64,000 nucleotides of DNA from Cetorhinus maximus (Eukaryota). Below, one piece after another: positions 12,806-25,011 of the stretch. The position numbers and the translations under genes are program-made. The notes beneath the pieces were generated by a model. The model was given only the letters and a program-made list of their open reading frames with translations, was not told the origin of the DNA and made no database searches. Location of the stretch: positions 134,044,001-134,108,000 of the forward strand of contig NC_135885.1 in the NCBI RefSeq assembly GCF_964194155.1, read 5' to 3'. How positions within the stretch are numbered: position 1 is the stretch's first letter; the number at the start of each line of letters is the position of its first letter.

Positions 12806-13547
12806 CTGTTACGAATGCAAGGTTTTATTATTGTTATGTTTTTGGACTGTGTTTTTAATTGAGGGTAAAATGGAGGAATGTAGAGGGTCATGTGACCTGT
12901 TCTGAATTCGCCCTACCAGAAAACCTGATATCGATTCTGCGTTCAGTTGCGCTCTTAATAGTCAGTGTATGATTTCACATCAAACTGTGTAACTCGGGCA
13001 GTGTTGATCGCAAAAACAGCGCTCAATGTCATCAACTAAGCGTTCAATTAATAGCCCGATCTTCATACTCCAGGGGTCTTCAATGAGCTTAAAAGTGTTC
13101 AAAAGCTATCACGGCTTGTTAAATTTGTAGAAGTGATCATTCGTGTTTGAAAGCTCTCATTAGGCATGATAGGCATCAAGTGCAATCATGAGGCATCTAA
13201 GTGATCAGGAGGTTAGCAGTGCAGCTTCCTACACATTAAAATGAAAAAAATAAACAAATCTTACCACTTATTTTCAAACTTTTTCCTAAGAAGTTCCCTC
13301 ATCCATTCTATTTCAGCTGGCATGTTACCCCTTCCTTCTGACCATTCTCTGGTGCCTCTGCTGTGGCGATTACACCAGGGTCACCAACTCTAGGGGGAAA
13401 AACAAGGGACCCTTCGCTGAGGCGGGGGGAGGGTGGCGGGGGTAAAGAAATAGTCAACAATGTAAGTAACAAAGTAATTGTGGCACCATTGAGAAATAAC
13501 AGTGCAGCGGAATTAAATTTACAAGTACGTACTGAAATAAGAAAGCC

Positions 13548-13742
13548 AGCAGCTCACCAAGGGTCCTCAATGGCACCTTCCAAACCTGCAACCTCTATCA
13601 CCTGGAAGGGCCAGGGTAGCAAATGCACAGAAACACCACCGCCTGCAAGTTCCCCTCCAAGTCTCACAGCATGCTGACTTGGAACTATACCGCCGTTCCT
13701 TCACTGTCGCAGGGTCGAAATCCTGAAACTCCCTTCCTAACA
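13548..13742 (+). mobile_element. LINE-B (CR1/L2-group) 3' ORF fragment
   Basis: Matches 51210-51405 and 56660-56860 (CACCTTCCAAACC...CCTTCACTGTCG...CTCCCTTCCTAACAG). Confidence 0.85.
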
Positions 13743-13919
13743 GCCCCTGCCTACTTGGCTGCTGTTCTAGACAACCTGATCGCTGAGATCTGGGAGCTGG
13801 CGGACAATGTGGCCTAGGACAACAAGAAGACCCACATCATCCTCCACCATCTTCAGCTCGCCATCCACAATGTCAAAGAGCTCAACAAACCGCTGGGTGG
13901 AGTCATCATAGTCCAGGGC
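13743..13919 (+). pseudogene. H2A: Histone H2A pseudogene fragment (histone fold to docking domain)
   Basis: [58 protein letters not shown] aligns without gaps to H2A [59 protein letters not shown]. Confidence 0.92.
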
Positions 13920-14311
13920 TGATTTGATTGAAGTATACAAGATCCTGAATGGCCTTGACACAGTGGACGTCGAAAGGATGTTTCCTCTTCTGGGTGAGTC
14001 CAGAACTAGGGGGCACTGTTTTAAACTTAGGGGTCACCCTTTTAGGACAGCGATGAGGAGAAATTTTTTCTTTCAGAGGGTTATGCGACTTTGGAATTCT
14101 CTGCCTCAGATGGTGGCGGAGGTGGGGTCATTTTTAAGGCAGAGGTGGATAGATTCTTGTTAGGCAAAGGAATCAAAGGTTATCGGGGTTAGATGGGAAT
14201 GTGGAAATCGAAACACAAGAAGATCAGCCATGATCTTATTGGATGGTGGAGCAGGCTCGAGGGGCCGAATGGTCTACTCCTGTTCCTATTTCTTATGTTC
14301 ATATGTTCTTA
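13920..14311 (+). mobile_element. CR1 LINE 3' end
   Basis: DLIEVYKILNGLD...TRGHCFKL...RRNFFFQRVMRLWNSLP, 3' UTR and ATGTTCTT-type tail. Confidence 0.92.
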
Positions 14312-15109
14312 TAAGTAGCAGGCAACATTTTCTGGATGGTCTGCCAGACACCGTCCAAGAACTGCTGCTGATTGCGGAGGAGAACGAAAGTGACAAAAGG
14401 TTTTTTTTATATAAAAGAAACTTTTAAAATAATGAGCACCATTTGAATAGCTGTCCAGAATTGACGAAATCTTGCAATTTCCACTTGGTTGGCTTGGCTG
14501 GTTTTGTAGATGAGGGCTGAGCTGGGCAAAATGATTGCACAAAGCACAAATGCAAGGTTTTAATCTCTCGGCACAACTCATTTATGGTTTAAATTCTCTG
14601 ACCTTTTGTGCTGGTTTGGTTCACTACACTGGATTCTGAATAGAAATAAAAAATTCTACCTCTTCTGTGTTTTGGACTTTATTAGTGGTCTGAATAATAA
14701 AAAAAACAAAATCGCTCCTTATTTATTTTTGTTTCCTTCAGGAAAGCAGAATTTGTGGAAGGCCGAGGCACTAAACCCAAAGATGTGGATTCTCAATTGA
14801 AGATATCAAGTTAAATCTCTGTCTTGGCTAGCGTTTGCACTTCAGCTTTCTATTAAGGAGTGATTTATTTTCCTTCTTGCCAGAGTTATCTATGAGAGGC
14901 AGATGGAAAACTGGTGGACAGGCTGATCTTATCCTGCAGCAAGCAAGACTCATGATTGACTGACCAAGATATGCTGTTGGCAGTATCAGTGATGACATCT
15001 GCATAGAAGGAGTGGGTCAGTATGTGGGGGTATGTGAGAGGAAGAAAATAGAAAAATACTGCGCTAACTATGTAGCATATGCCAAATAGATTTTTTTTTT
15101 ATTAATCCA

Positions 15110-15242
15110 CTAATGTTATGTAACTTAGTTTCCTACATTACAACAATGACTCCACTTTAAAAGTACTTCAACGGTTGTAAAGTGCTTTGGGATATCTTGA
15201 GCTCATGAAAAGCATGGTATAAATCCAAATTATTTCTTTCTT
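15110..15242 (+). mobile_element. Deu-type SINE 3' tail
   Basis: TTTCCTACATTACAACA...GTAAAGTGCTTTGGGA...TATAAAT; reverse complement of the tail at 53100-53215. Confidence 0.65.
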
Positions 15243-16151
15243 ACTTGACACAAGTCTAACTTCATTTTCTTTCTAAAAATCTGCTTTATTATATACCATC
15301 AGACAGACTATGCCACATTGTGAACACTGCTAATGAAAGCAGGTATTTTGACACAGAGGTTAACACCGTTTAGGAGTTTTCCCTTAAATTAAACATTGAT
15401 ATTTTAGTATTTATACCATCTGGAATTTTCAACTGTACCTGCGGACATCAGTGAATCCAACGTAGCACTCTCGATCTCTGCACTCAAATTCTCAATGTGC
15501 CTACAGGGCAAAGAAGCTTTAAACTGGGAATGCAAGTGGTTAACCTTCTTTTGTAATGTAATCATTAGATTCTTCTGACATCATTAAAACCCCTTAGATG
15601 GAATTGCCTTGCCAGTCACTTATTTGTCAGTCATTCGAAGCTCCTTGTTGTCTTTTCTTTCTAATATCTGCACATTTCTCTGAACGAACATTTGGCTAAT
15701 TTGTCAAGAGTAAAATATTTCCTTACAGTGTTAGCTAAAAGGTAAACAGCTCAGCCACTCTGCGATTAATTCCCAAATATGTTTCCGTCTTTTCTCCTGT
15801 ACCTCCCATTTTCTTACTCAGGTTTTTGAATCCTTTGATGTCATATTATCGGTGGCAATGTTTCCTCTTGTGGCGCATCGGTAGCATCCCTGCCTCTGAG
15901 CCAGAAGCCCCAGAAGTCCCACTCCAGTACTTGAAAGCCAAGGATGGTGCCTTCATAATGAGGCCAAAGTTGAGTAACAAATTGTACATTCTTCCAACAT
16001 ACGCCAATGGCAGGCAGTAAGAGGGGGAGAGATTCCTGGCCAGACATGCGATGGAAGGAAATTGGAGCCTTTGCCATCATTATCCATCGCTCCAGGCTAC
16101 AGCATGCAAGTAAAAGTGTGTGTTGCCACAGCAGCTTAGGGCTTCTTGGGA

Positions 16152-16330
16152 GGCCGGTTGGCTCAGTTGGCTGGACGGCAGGTGTGGATCAGATTGGCGT
16201 GAACGGCACAGGGCTCGATCCCTGTTCCAGCTGGGGTGGATTCGGGACCTACCTCCTTGCCCCACCCATTGTGGAGGTCATGGCACTGTGGTTTGGACCT
16301 GCCTTTCGGGCAGAGAGCTCAAGAGGATTT
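16152..16330 (+). mobile_element. SINE with tRNA-Ile-like head
   Basis: GGCCGGTTGGCTCAGTTGG...GGCTCGATCCC resembles tRNA-Ile(AAT) A and B boxes, but the anticodon arm is altered. Confidence 0.6.
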
Positions 16331-17174
16331 CTTCTCTCGTCCCCTCATTTAATCTTTATGTTGCTTTAATTCCACTTTATGATTCACATCCTGTTTCTTC
16401 ATGAATGAAAATGAAAGTCCTAATTCTGCACAGTTGGAAGCATTCGATTTTAGCATTGAACCAACATCCTTGTTTCGTTGAACACCAGTAAAAATAGACT
16501 TTGTGCGCTGAGAGCATGTCTTGAATTTAGAGTGTTTTTGAACTTCATCCTGTGGCACTTTGATTATATTCGGATTCTGTTTATTTAGCTGGATGGGTTA
16601 AATTATTCCTATCACTGGCAATAGTTCTAGTCCATGCATAAGCCCAGATCAAAGTTTTAAATAGATTAATGACAGAACTAAAATAAAGTCAGCAGAGGAG
16701 AGGAGAGGAGGGGAAGCAGAGAGGGGGAAGGGTAGCAGAGGATGGAATGAAGGTGGAGAGAAGGGAAAGGAGCAGAGGAGGTTTGAGTAATTTTAAATGT
16801 GTGTTTAAAGTGCAGTAATGCCAATTGGAACATATGATGTAATGGAAACCATGTCTGTGTGATGTAAGTTATTAATTCATGATCCGGGTTTAAATTCAAG
16901 TTAATTCCAGCCGACAATCACAGTTAACTGTCTTTTGCCACACAGGCCAGGATTTTATGGGCAGAAATCCTGGCCTTTCACCTTTTGGATGATCTCTTTC
17001 TCACATTAGTTGACTCTGGGGCTTCCTCCACCCGCCCCCCACCACCACCCCATCTCACTGCGAGTACAGGACATCCCTCCCCCTTGGGATCTCCTCCAGC
17101 GGGACCTCCAGGGCCATGTGTGAGAACCTGTACACTCTCTCTCCTAGCCCCTGAGCCATCCCACAATGTTTACC

Positions 17175-17277
17175 ATGAAGAAGAGTCATACGGACTTGAA
17201 ACGTTAACTTCGTTTTTCTCTCTTCACAGAGGCTGTCAGGCCTGCTGAGTTTTTCCAGCATTTTCTGTTTTTGTTTT
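17175..17277 (+). mobile_element. Penelope-like element terminal fragment with truncated hammerhead motif
   Basis: Near-identical to 24663-24760. Confidence 0.75.
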
Positions 17278-17338
17278 ATATTATACATTATATGTTATTA
17301 ATACGTATGTTTGCTTATCTGCCAACCAGCGCGCTCTC

Positions 17339-17591
17339 TGTGATTGTGGGTTTGTCTCGGGATTCTTTGGTTTCTTACTCTAGACAAGATCTTGCTGGAG
17401 GCAATGGTCTTTTGTTCAAAATACCTTTATTTACATCACTAACTATTTACAAGGTTATAAAACATCAGGACATAGCTACAGCTCCTCTTTAAGGTGCTTC
17501 TCGGTCATCTCTTCGTGAGCGACATCACTATGACATAGCTCCTTACGCACATGCTCAGTGGCTATTATTAGAGTTAACCCTTTACTCTACA
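17339..17591 (-). repeat. Solo LTR (Gypsy family of 25012)
   Basis: TG...CA ends, 5-bp flanks CTCTC/CACTC, homologous to 25012-25275 and 48044-48299. Confidence 0.8.
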
Positions 17592-19249
17592 CACTCCATC
17601 CTTTCAACGGAAATGGGTGCGTGGATGCTCCATGCATTGCTCTGGAAAATGGCTTCTAATCAGCGCTTGAGTGCTCCATGTGCAGGTATCCATTTTAGTG
17701 CCTCCGTGGAAGGTTAAATCATGGTAAACATCAACTTGTCCCAAACTTTTGTGGTAAATCCAAACTTTCAAACAGGCCTGTCTTTTCAGCACGGCACCCA
17801 CTTAGAACCGTTCAACAAAATTAACCCACAGGTTCTAAAAAGAATTCTATTGTTGGCCATTGCAAATGTCTCTTTCTGATCTTTGCCCTTTTTGTTATGT
17901 CGCTACACCTTCTCTCGCCACTGTTCCACACAAGCTCAGGCTAAGAGTTGAAGACCTTCAGATCTTCCGGGCTACATGGCTCTACGTGAGAAACTTATCA
18001 GCCATGATTGAATGGCGGAGCAGACTCGATGGGCTGAATGGCCTAATTTCTGCTCCTATGTCTTTTGGTCTTATGGTAGCAGAAGGCATTCTAGGAGATG
18101 TTTCATCGTTTGGGATGTCTCTGTGCAGTCACAGTATTCGTTTGGCTGTATCATCAGTTCTGCATAGGCCCTTGCAGTGGCCAAAACCAGCCCTGAGATG
18201 ATTGAGACACAGCCAAGTAGGCCGTATCCTTGTTGCTTCCTGCTGGGAGGGATTCCTCTGGATCAGGAAGGTGGGATTAGAAAGGGCACCTGGGTGTCCT
18301 CAGGCTGGCATGGACAAGATGGGCCAAATGGCCTCCTTCTGTGCTGTAACTTTTCTATGGTTCTATGGTTCTAACGTGTGTGTATTCGTCTGTTACCATT
18401 GGGCCCCTACGCAATCCCAACCCACAAATGCCGCAGCTATTTCTCAATGTATGACAATGTGCAGTTTGCCTATATATTAAACCAGCAATATTGCCAGCTT
18501 GGTGTAAAATGGGAAAGGTGGGTATCCACTGCAGTGCAGCCAGAATCACAGTCGTGTCCAAATTTGCAGTTGTGTAATGAAACAAATCAAGGAGCTGGAG
18601 TTGAACTAAAACCTCCGTTGCAGCTAATTTCACCCTAGAATGGTCAGATACAGACATTTTTTAATTTATAAAGCAGCCACCTGTCCATTGCGTTGAGCTA
18701 TGTTATCATTCCATTATCTACCTATGCAGTTGCCAACAGCTGAATAGTCACAGCCTGAGACGCTTCTTGATTTATGCACCTGTATAGATAATGTGACTGC
18801 TCATGGATAAAAATTCATTTTATGCACAGCTTGATAATGAATTCCAAAAAAAAAAACCCACTCACCTTCTGTGTTATCTCCCTGTTGTCCAGTTAGGTTT
18901 GACAATCAGTTACATTGCTATTGCCACTAGAACTTCAGTCAAATATAATGGTGGGTGCATAAAATATCTGTAACTATATTGAATTGTGAAAAACACTTTG
19001 GAGCTCAATTTTAGATTCACCCCTTCCAAACAAGGGTAGGGTCTGGACTGTATAACACTAGGGTGAAATATTGTTGCCACTGCTGATAGACACAATTTAA
19101 GATAATCAATTAAGAGTATCACATTATGTCAAAGCTTTTATATACATCAAAGAGAATTGGACTTTAGTGTCATTTTTTCCTTCTTAACTTATTAATACTG
19201 ATACACTGAACTGACAACGCTAATTATGAACTACAGATTCAAGCCTTGT

Positions 19250-19785
19250 GTTCTGTTCTGGACACCAGCCTTTAGGAAGGATGTGAGGGTCCTTGAGAGG
19301 GTGCAGAGGAGAGTCACCAGAATGGTTCCAGGGATGGGGGAATTTTAGCTACAAAGGTTAGGTTGAAGAATTTGGCATTGTTCTCTTTGGAGCAAAGGCG
19401 GTTGAGGGGAGATTTGATAGAGGTGTTCAAGATTATGATTTAGATAAGGTAGATAAATAAAAGCCATTCTCATTAGCTGATGGTACAAGGGCTAGGGGGG
19501 ACACAGATTTAGGGTTTTGGGCTAGAGATATAGGTGGGATAGGAGGAAGAACTTTTTTACACAGCAGTTATGGCAATGATCTGGAACTCACTGCCTGCCA
19601 GGGTAATGAAAGCAGAGACTATCAAGGATTTCAAAAGGAAATTGGATGGGCATTTGAGAGAAATAAACTTGCAGGACTATGGGGATAGAGCAGGAGAATT
19701 GGACTGATAGGACTGTTGTACAGAGAGCTGGCATGGACTCGATGGGCCGAATGGCCTCCTTAGTGCCGTAATGACTTTCTGAATG
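19250..19785 (+). mobile_element. CR1 LINE 3' fragment
   Basis: VLFWTPAFRKDVRVLERVQRR...RGDLIEVFKIM, then 3' UTR. Confidence 0.88.
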
Positions 19786-19794
19786 TCTGTCCTA

Positions 19795-20168
19795 ATAGGA
19801 ATATGTGAACAGGAGTAGACCATTCAGCCCCTCAAGCCTGTTCCACCATTCAATTAGATCATGGCTAATTTGTATCTTCCATGCCCATTAATACCCTTGC
19901 CTTACAAAAACCTGTCAATCTCGGTTTTGAGATTTTCAGTTGAATGCTAAGCTCAGCAACTTTTGGGGGGAGAGTGTTCCAAATTTCCACCACCCTTTGT
20001 GTGAAGAAGTATTTCCTGCCATGAGCCCTAAACAGCTTGGTTCTAATTTTAAGATTATGCTCCCTTGTTCTAGACTCCCATCCCCCACTGGAATATACTT
20101 TCTATCCATCGACCCTCTCAAATCCTTTGATCATCTTAAATGCCTCAATTAGGCCACCCCTTAATCTG
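19795..20168 (-). mobile_element. CR1 LINE 3' fragment
   Basis: Reverse-complement CR1 3' UTR and ORF2 end, tail-to-tail with the previous copy. Confidence 0.85.
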
Positions 20169-21554
20169 TCATGTTGAACAATGAAGTTAGAGAGAAATGG
20201 CCCTGTACAGTATTGATAAACCCGGAGTAATCCTAATCCTACAGTTTTGTTTTCTCTTAAAAAATGGCCCACTCAGCATTTTTCCACATATGGAGGCTAG
20301 GGTCAGAAATAATTAAAGTGATGGGATGCAAATTTCCAGTTCCCACCTTCCAGCCACAACAATGCTATGTAAAATGTGTTTGAGCAGCCTCCAAACTCCT
20401 CAGAGTCTGGTATAGGGATGGGAAATAGAAACATGGAGTACATAATGCTTCTTAGAGTTCAGGATCTAGGCACAATGCTGACATAGAGAATAGGAGCTCT
20501 GGTCATGAAATATTTGAATGAATAGCATTTGATGCCAATACTGGGACTGAGGTTCGCCTTCCCAAATTTGGGTAGCTTGTAGAGAATGACAGAGAAAAAC
20601 TACCTCACCACTACCTCAAGCTTCCGCTAGACACTCCATCACCAGCTGTTGCATGAGAATGGTGCTGGATGGGGGACGAACAGCCCCGTTCCACTCAGCA
20701 CCACGGCTTTCCAGGGCAGCCATAGGCAAAGGAAGCGGTAAGCCTGAGAAATGTGTGCTTCCCAGCGGAAGATCGTTGTAACTGCCTCCACTCCCTCCAT
20801 TCTGGTCTTCGAGTCGCCTTATTATGAAGGCCTCAGGCTCTGATGAAGCCTCACGGAATGGCACTCTGCTGGGTTGTAGTGGTGTTGGAGAACAGGGTGG
20901 AAGTTGAAATATTGCAGCTGGTAGGGTAATCCTCGGCACGAATGTCTAAAGTGAAAACAAAGTCCATTTCTCATCGTTGACACCATTGTTCTTGTTGGGC
21001 ATAAAATGTTTAACAAAAACATGGTTTAGATAAATGCAACAGCTCATTTTGGGCCTTTTGTCTTGAGAGCTCGATTATCAATTATGACTTAGAAATGGAA
21101 ATGCTGCTCAGTGACTGTGTCAACATCTTTCATTTCTAATAACAGGGCCATGTCCTTGTGACGATCAGATAATCATAATGTTGCTCGGGAAACGCAATCG
21201 TCCTTGAAGTCTCATAACTCTTCTGTTTCTGAAGCAGCTGCGTGCACAGATTCCTGTGTGGGTGTACGATCTCAGTCCAACTGTTGCTTTATTCTAATTC
21301 CATTTTATTTGTTAAGTTGTCAATCCCTTTTTTCAGTGAATTTGGGTTAGAGGCCGTGAAATTGGACAGGGCCTGGAAATAAGTGCAAGGATTGCAATGC
21401 AGGATTACATTCCTGCCCATTCTGATGTAGTCAGCACACAGACTTGGTTCTGCCTGCTAATTTAAATGATTGCAGCATGCAGCCATTGCTAAACATGCTG
21501 TTGTGTGGCTGTAGCAGGGGGCACAAAAGCCAGTGTGAATTCAAGCTTTCCCTT

Positions 21555-21784
21555 CTCCTGCTCCTTCTTCCAGCAGCTTTTCCTGCTCTGTGCCTCCTCT
21601 GCTCATCCTCCTAGACATCATATAGGTCAATCTTCTGCTCCTTCTTCCAAAAGCTTGTCCTGCACTGTGCCTCCTCTGCTCATCCTCCTAGACATCATAT
21701 AGGTCAATCTCCTGCTCTTTCTTCCAAAAGCTTGCCTGCTCTGTGCCTATTCTGCTCATCCTCCTGGACACCATACAGGTCAAT
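21555..21784. repeat. Tandem repeat, 3 x ~77 bp
   Basis: CCTGCTCTGTGCCTCCTCTGCTCATCCTCCTAGACATCATATAGGTCAAT recurs three times. Confidence 0.9.
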
Positions 21785-22249
21785 GGGAATGCAAGTTACT
21801 GTGTCCATACCTATGAGCAAATGGTTTATACAAAACCCATGAAATCAGGATGAAGTCCTTCAGCAGGTCCCTGAGGTTTCATCAACTTTGAACAGTCCTT
21901 CTACAGTTACAGCAATAGCCTGTAGAAACCAATCAGCAACTAACCTGTAAATCATTGGTGATGCATTTAGCTGGGGTGGAAGGCATGCTCAGCCTTGTGA
22001 GTTCAAATGAGGACGTTCGACGGAGGCTGAGCTCCAAAACGATGGCGTTGGTGTTGAGTCAACATTGTGCACAGCCTGATGCCAGTATTTGCCCCATTCT
22101 ACGCCTGATAGATGCTCCCTGCACATGCGCTAATGCCCTTAGCAAAATGGCATCCGGCACGGCGAGCACCAGAAATTTGTGCGCAGACACCATCTTGGAT
22201 CAAATCAGCATTTGTAGCACCGAGAACTGGGTGCCACATAGCTGCATTT

Positions 22250-23330
22250 TGCAATCATTGAATCATGGAATAATACAGTCCAGAAGGAGGCTATTCGACC
22301 CATCCTAGCTGTGTTGTCTCTTTGATAGATCTATGCAATTGATTTCACTTGCTTGCTTTTTCCCTCTAGCCCGGCAGGTAATCCCTGTTTAAGTATATAT
22401 TCATAGGAACATAGGAGCAGAAATAGACCATTCTGCGCCATTTAACTGGATCATGGCTGACTTTACCTCAACACCATCTTCCCACACTGTCCCTATATCC
22501 CTTAATGTCATAGGTATCAAGAAAATGTTTCCATTGGCATCTATCAACCTCTGCTTTGAACATACTCAATGGCTTAGCCTCCACAGCCTTCTGGGATTCC
22601 CCACCCTCTGACTGAAGAAATTCCTCCTCATCTAGGTCCTAAATGGCCTACCTCTTATTCTGAGACTGTTTCCCCTGTTTCTAAATCCCCCACCCAGGGG
22701 AAACATCCTTCCTGCACCTACCCTGCTGAGCCCTGTAAGAATTTTGTGCACGTCAATGAGATCACCCCTCATTCTTCTTAACTCTGGAGAATAGAGGCCC
22801 AGTCTCCTCGATGTTTCCTCCAGGACAATCCTACCACCTCAGGAGTCAGTCTGGCGGGTGTTTGTTGCACTCCCTCTATGGCCAGTATATCCTTCCTTAG
22901 GTAAGGAGACCAAAACTGCACACACCACTCCAGGTGTGGACTCACCAAGGCCCTGTACAACTGCAGTAAGGCTTCCTTATTCCTGTACACAAGACCCTTG
23001 CAAGAAAGGCTAACATACCATTTGCATCCCTAACTGCTTGCTGCACCTGCATGTTAGCTTTCAGAGACTTATGAACAAGAATACCCAGGTCTCTATTCAA
23101 CTCACTATTGAATCTGCTTACACTATCGTTTCAGGCAGTGCATTGCAGATTATAATAACTCACTGTGTAGAAAACTTTTCTCATCCCTCCTTTACTTTGT
23201 CCATTATTTTAAATCGATGTCCTCTGGATTTACTGAACCTCATGCCAGTAGAAACGTTTTCTCACTACCTCCTCTATCCAAACCACTTCATAATTTACAA
23301 CAACTCTGTTAGATCTCCCCTTAACCTACT
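22250..23330 (-). mobile_element. CR1 fragments (one copy ~22403-23092 nested in another)
   Basis: LQLYRALVSPHLEWCVQFWSPYLRKDI on minus strand; two separate 3' UTRs. Confidence 0.85.
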
Positions 23331-24119
23331 TTGTGTGCTTTTTATTTAAAAATAGCCTTACCATTCTTATCCTCTTCCTCCAATCTAGAAGATGTGACTA
23401 ATTGCTGAGATACCGTTTCACAGGCGCTGGCCTCTTGCCAGTTATTACTGCGATGTGGCTATTACTTATGCGTGAGTGTTGCAATTAATGGTGACAAGCT
23501 ATCAGCGCACACACAATTCCAGCAGGAGCAGCCTTCTAACGAGCAGGAATCCTGGCCACATTAAGTGCACTAGGGCTTATTGTAAAGCTCTGACTGAGAT
23601 TTGATAACCAATCAAAGATTGTGGATCAAACATAAGTCTTTCCAGATCTGTGTAACTCAGTCCCTTCACTGTATAACCATGCTGAGTTAAATGGGGGATT
23701 ATCCACGTATACGAAGCAACAATGAGTTTCAATCACCGGGTTTGGTACCGTAGATGATACTTCTGGGAAAGAGTAAGCTACAGAAAACAAAGGTATAATT
23801 TGCACCAATTCAGAGTGGCGTAATAAGTCTACTGGTGAGTTAATGGCGTCACCAGTTTATTTGTTGCAACTCCCTGCTGTTACTACGCACTTTCTGTTTC
23901 TGCCACATGCTCTAGTTTCTATTTTTAGATATGCAAAACTCCTTTTCTTTATTTACCCAACATGTATGGAAGAAGAACTGATTTTATAGTGCTGTCATTG
24001 CTAATTTACTTCATGTCACAGCCGCGTAGAAGGCATTTCCTTAAAGTGGTCCGTGAGCTAAGAATTTGTATCTGTGTATGTAGCCCCCTTTTAATTTGAG
24101 TGATTCAATTTAAAAATAA

Positions 24120-24792
24120 CCACTCCACCCTGTTCTCATGTCCACATGTCCGTCCTTGGCCTGCTGCAATGTTCCAGTGAAGCTCAACGCAAACTGGAGG
24201 AACAGCACCTCATCTTCCGACTAGGCACTTTAAAGCCTTCTGGACTGAATATTGAGTTCAACAATTTCAGATCATGAACTCTCACCTCCGTCCCCACCCC
24301 CTTTCCAATCCCTCTTTTTTCCAATAATTTATATAGATTTTTCTTTTCCCACCTATTTCCATTATTTTTAAATGTATTTCCATCCATTGTTTTATTTCTA
24401 CCTTTTAGCCTATTTCGATCCCTTCCCCCCACCCCACCCCCACTAGGGCTATCTGTACCTTGCTCATCCTGCTTTCTACCTTTAATGTCACCTATTAGCA
24501 CATTTCTTAGCTAATATTACCACCGTCAACACCTTTTTGTCCTTTTGTCTATGACATCTTTTGACAATCTCCACCTATCGCTGGCCTTTTATCCAGCTCT
24601 ACTTGTCCCACCCCCCCCTTAAACCAGCTTATATTTCACCACTCTTCTATTTTTCCTTAGTTCTGTTGAAGAGTCATACGGACTCGAAACGTTAACTGTG
24701 TTCCTCTCCGCAGATGCTGTCAGACCTGCTGAGTTTTTCCAGGTATTTTTATTTTTGTTTTGGATTTCCAGCATCCGCAGTTTTTTGCTTTT
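24120..24792 (+). mobile_element. Penelope-like element 3' end (GIY-YIG C-terminus + terminal repeat)
   Basis: HMSVLGLLQCSSEAQRKLEEQHLIFRLGTLKPSGLNIEFNNFRS*, the typical PLE C-terminus, followed by a UTR with a hammerhead motif. Confidence 0.88.
24659..24697 (+). ncRNA. Minimal type I hammerhead ribozyme motif (core mutated)
   Basis: AGTT-CTGTTGA-A-GAGTC(ATACG)GACTC-GAAAC-GTT-AACT: stem I AGTT/AACT, stem II, GAAA core, palindromic ACGT stem III. Confidence 0.7.
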
Positions 24793-25011
24793 AACTCATT
24801 GAACAATGCCTTTTGTGATCCTTCTTGAGATAAGCAGTTTGGTAAGGTTTTGGAACCAATACAGAGTGCCAAGTGGTTTGTCCATACATCCCTTTTCTGG
24901 GACAAAGGCCTTTTAAAAGTTTTTTTTTAGTAAACATGTGCTTTCCAAGCAATTGTCCTTAAAAAAAAAACTATAATACCATAACTACGCGTCTGTGGCA
25001 TACATACATAT

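Noticed and set aside
12904-12914. GAATTCGCCCT resembling a TA-cloning vector junction
   Set aside because: Only 11 bp with no further vector sequence; compatible with chance.
14312-14400. Possible short exon (HFLDGLPDTVQELLL on +, QQFLDGVWQTIQKMLP on -)
   Set aside because: No convincing donor/acceptor pair on either strand and the peptides are not recognised.
16152-16230. Functional tRNA-Ile gene
   Set aside because: Anticodon arm and acceptor stem do not form; more consistent with a SINE head.
21555-21784. CRISPR-like array
   Set aside because: Head-to-tail repeats without unique spacers, no cas genes, eukaryotic context.
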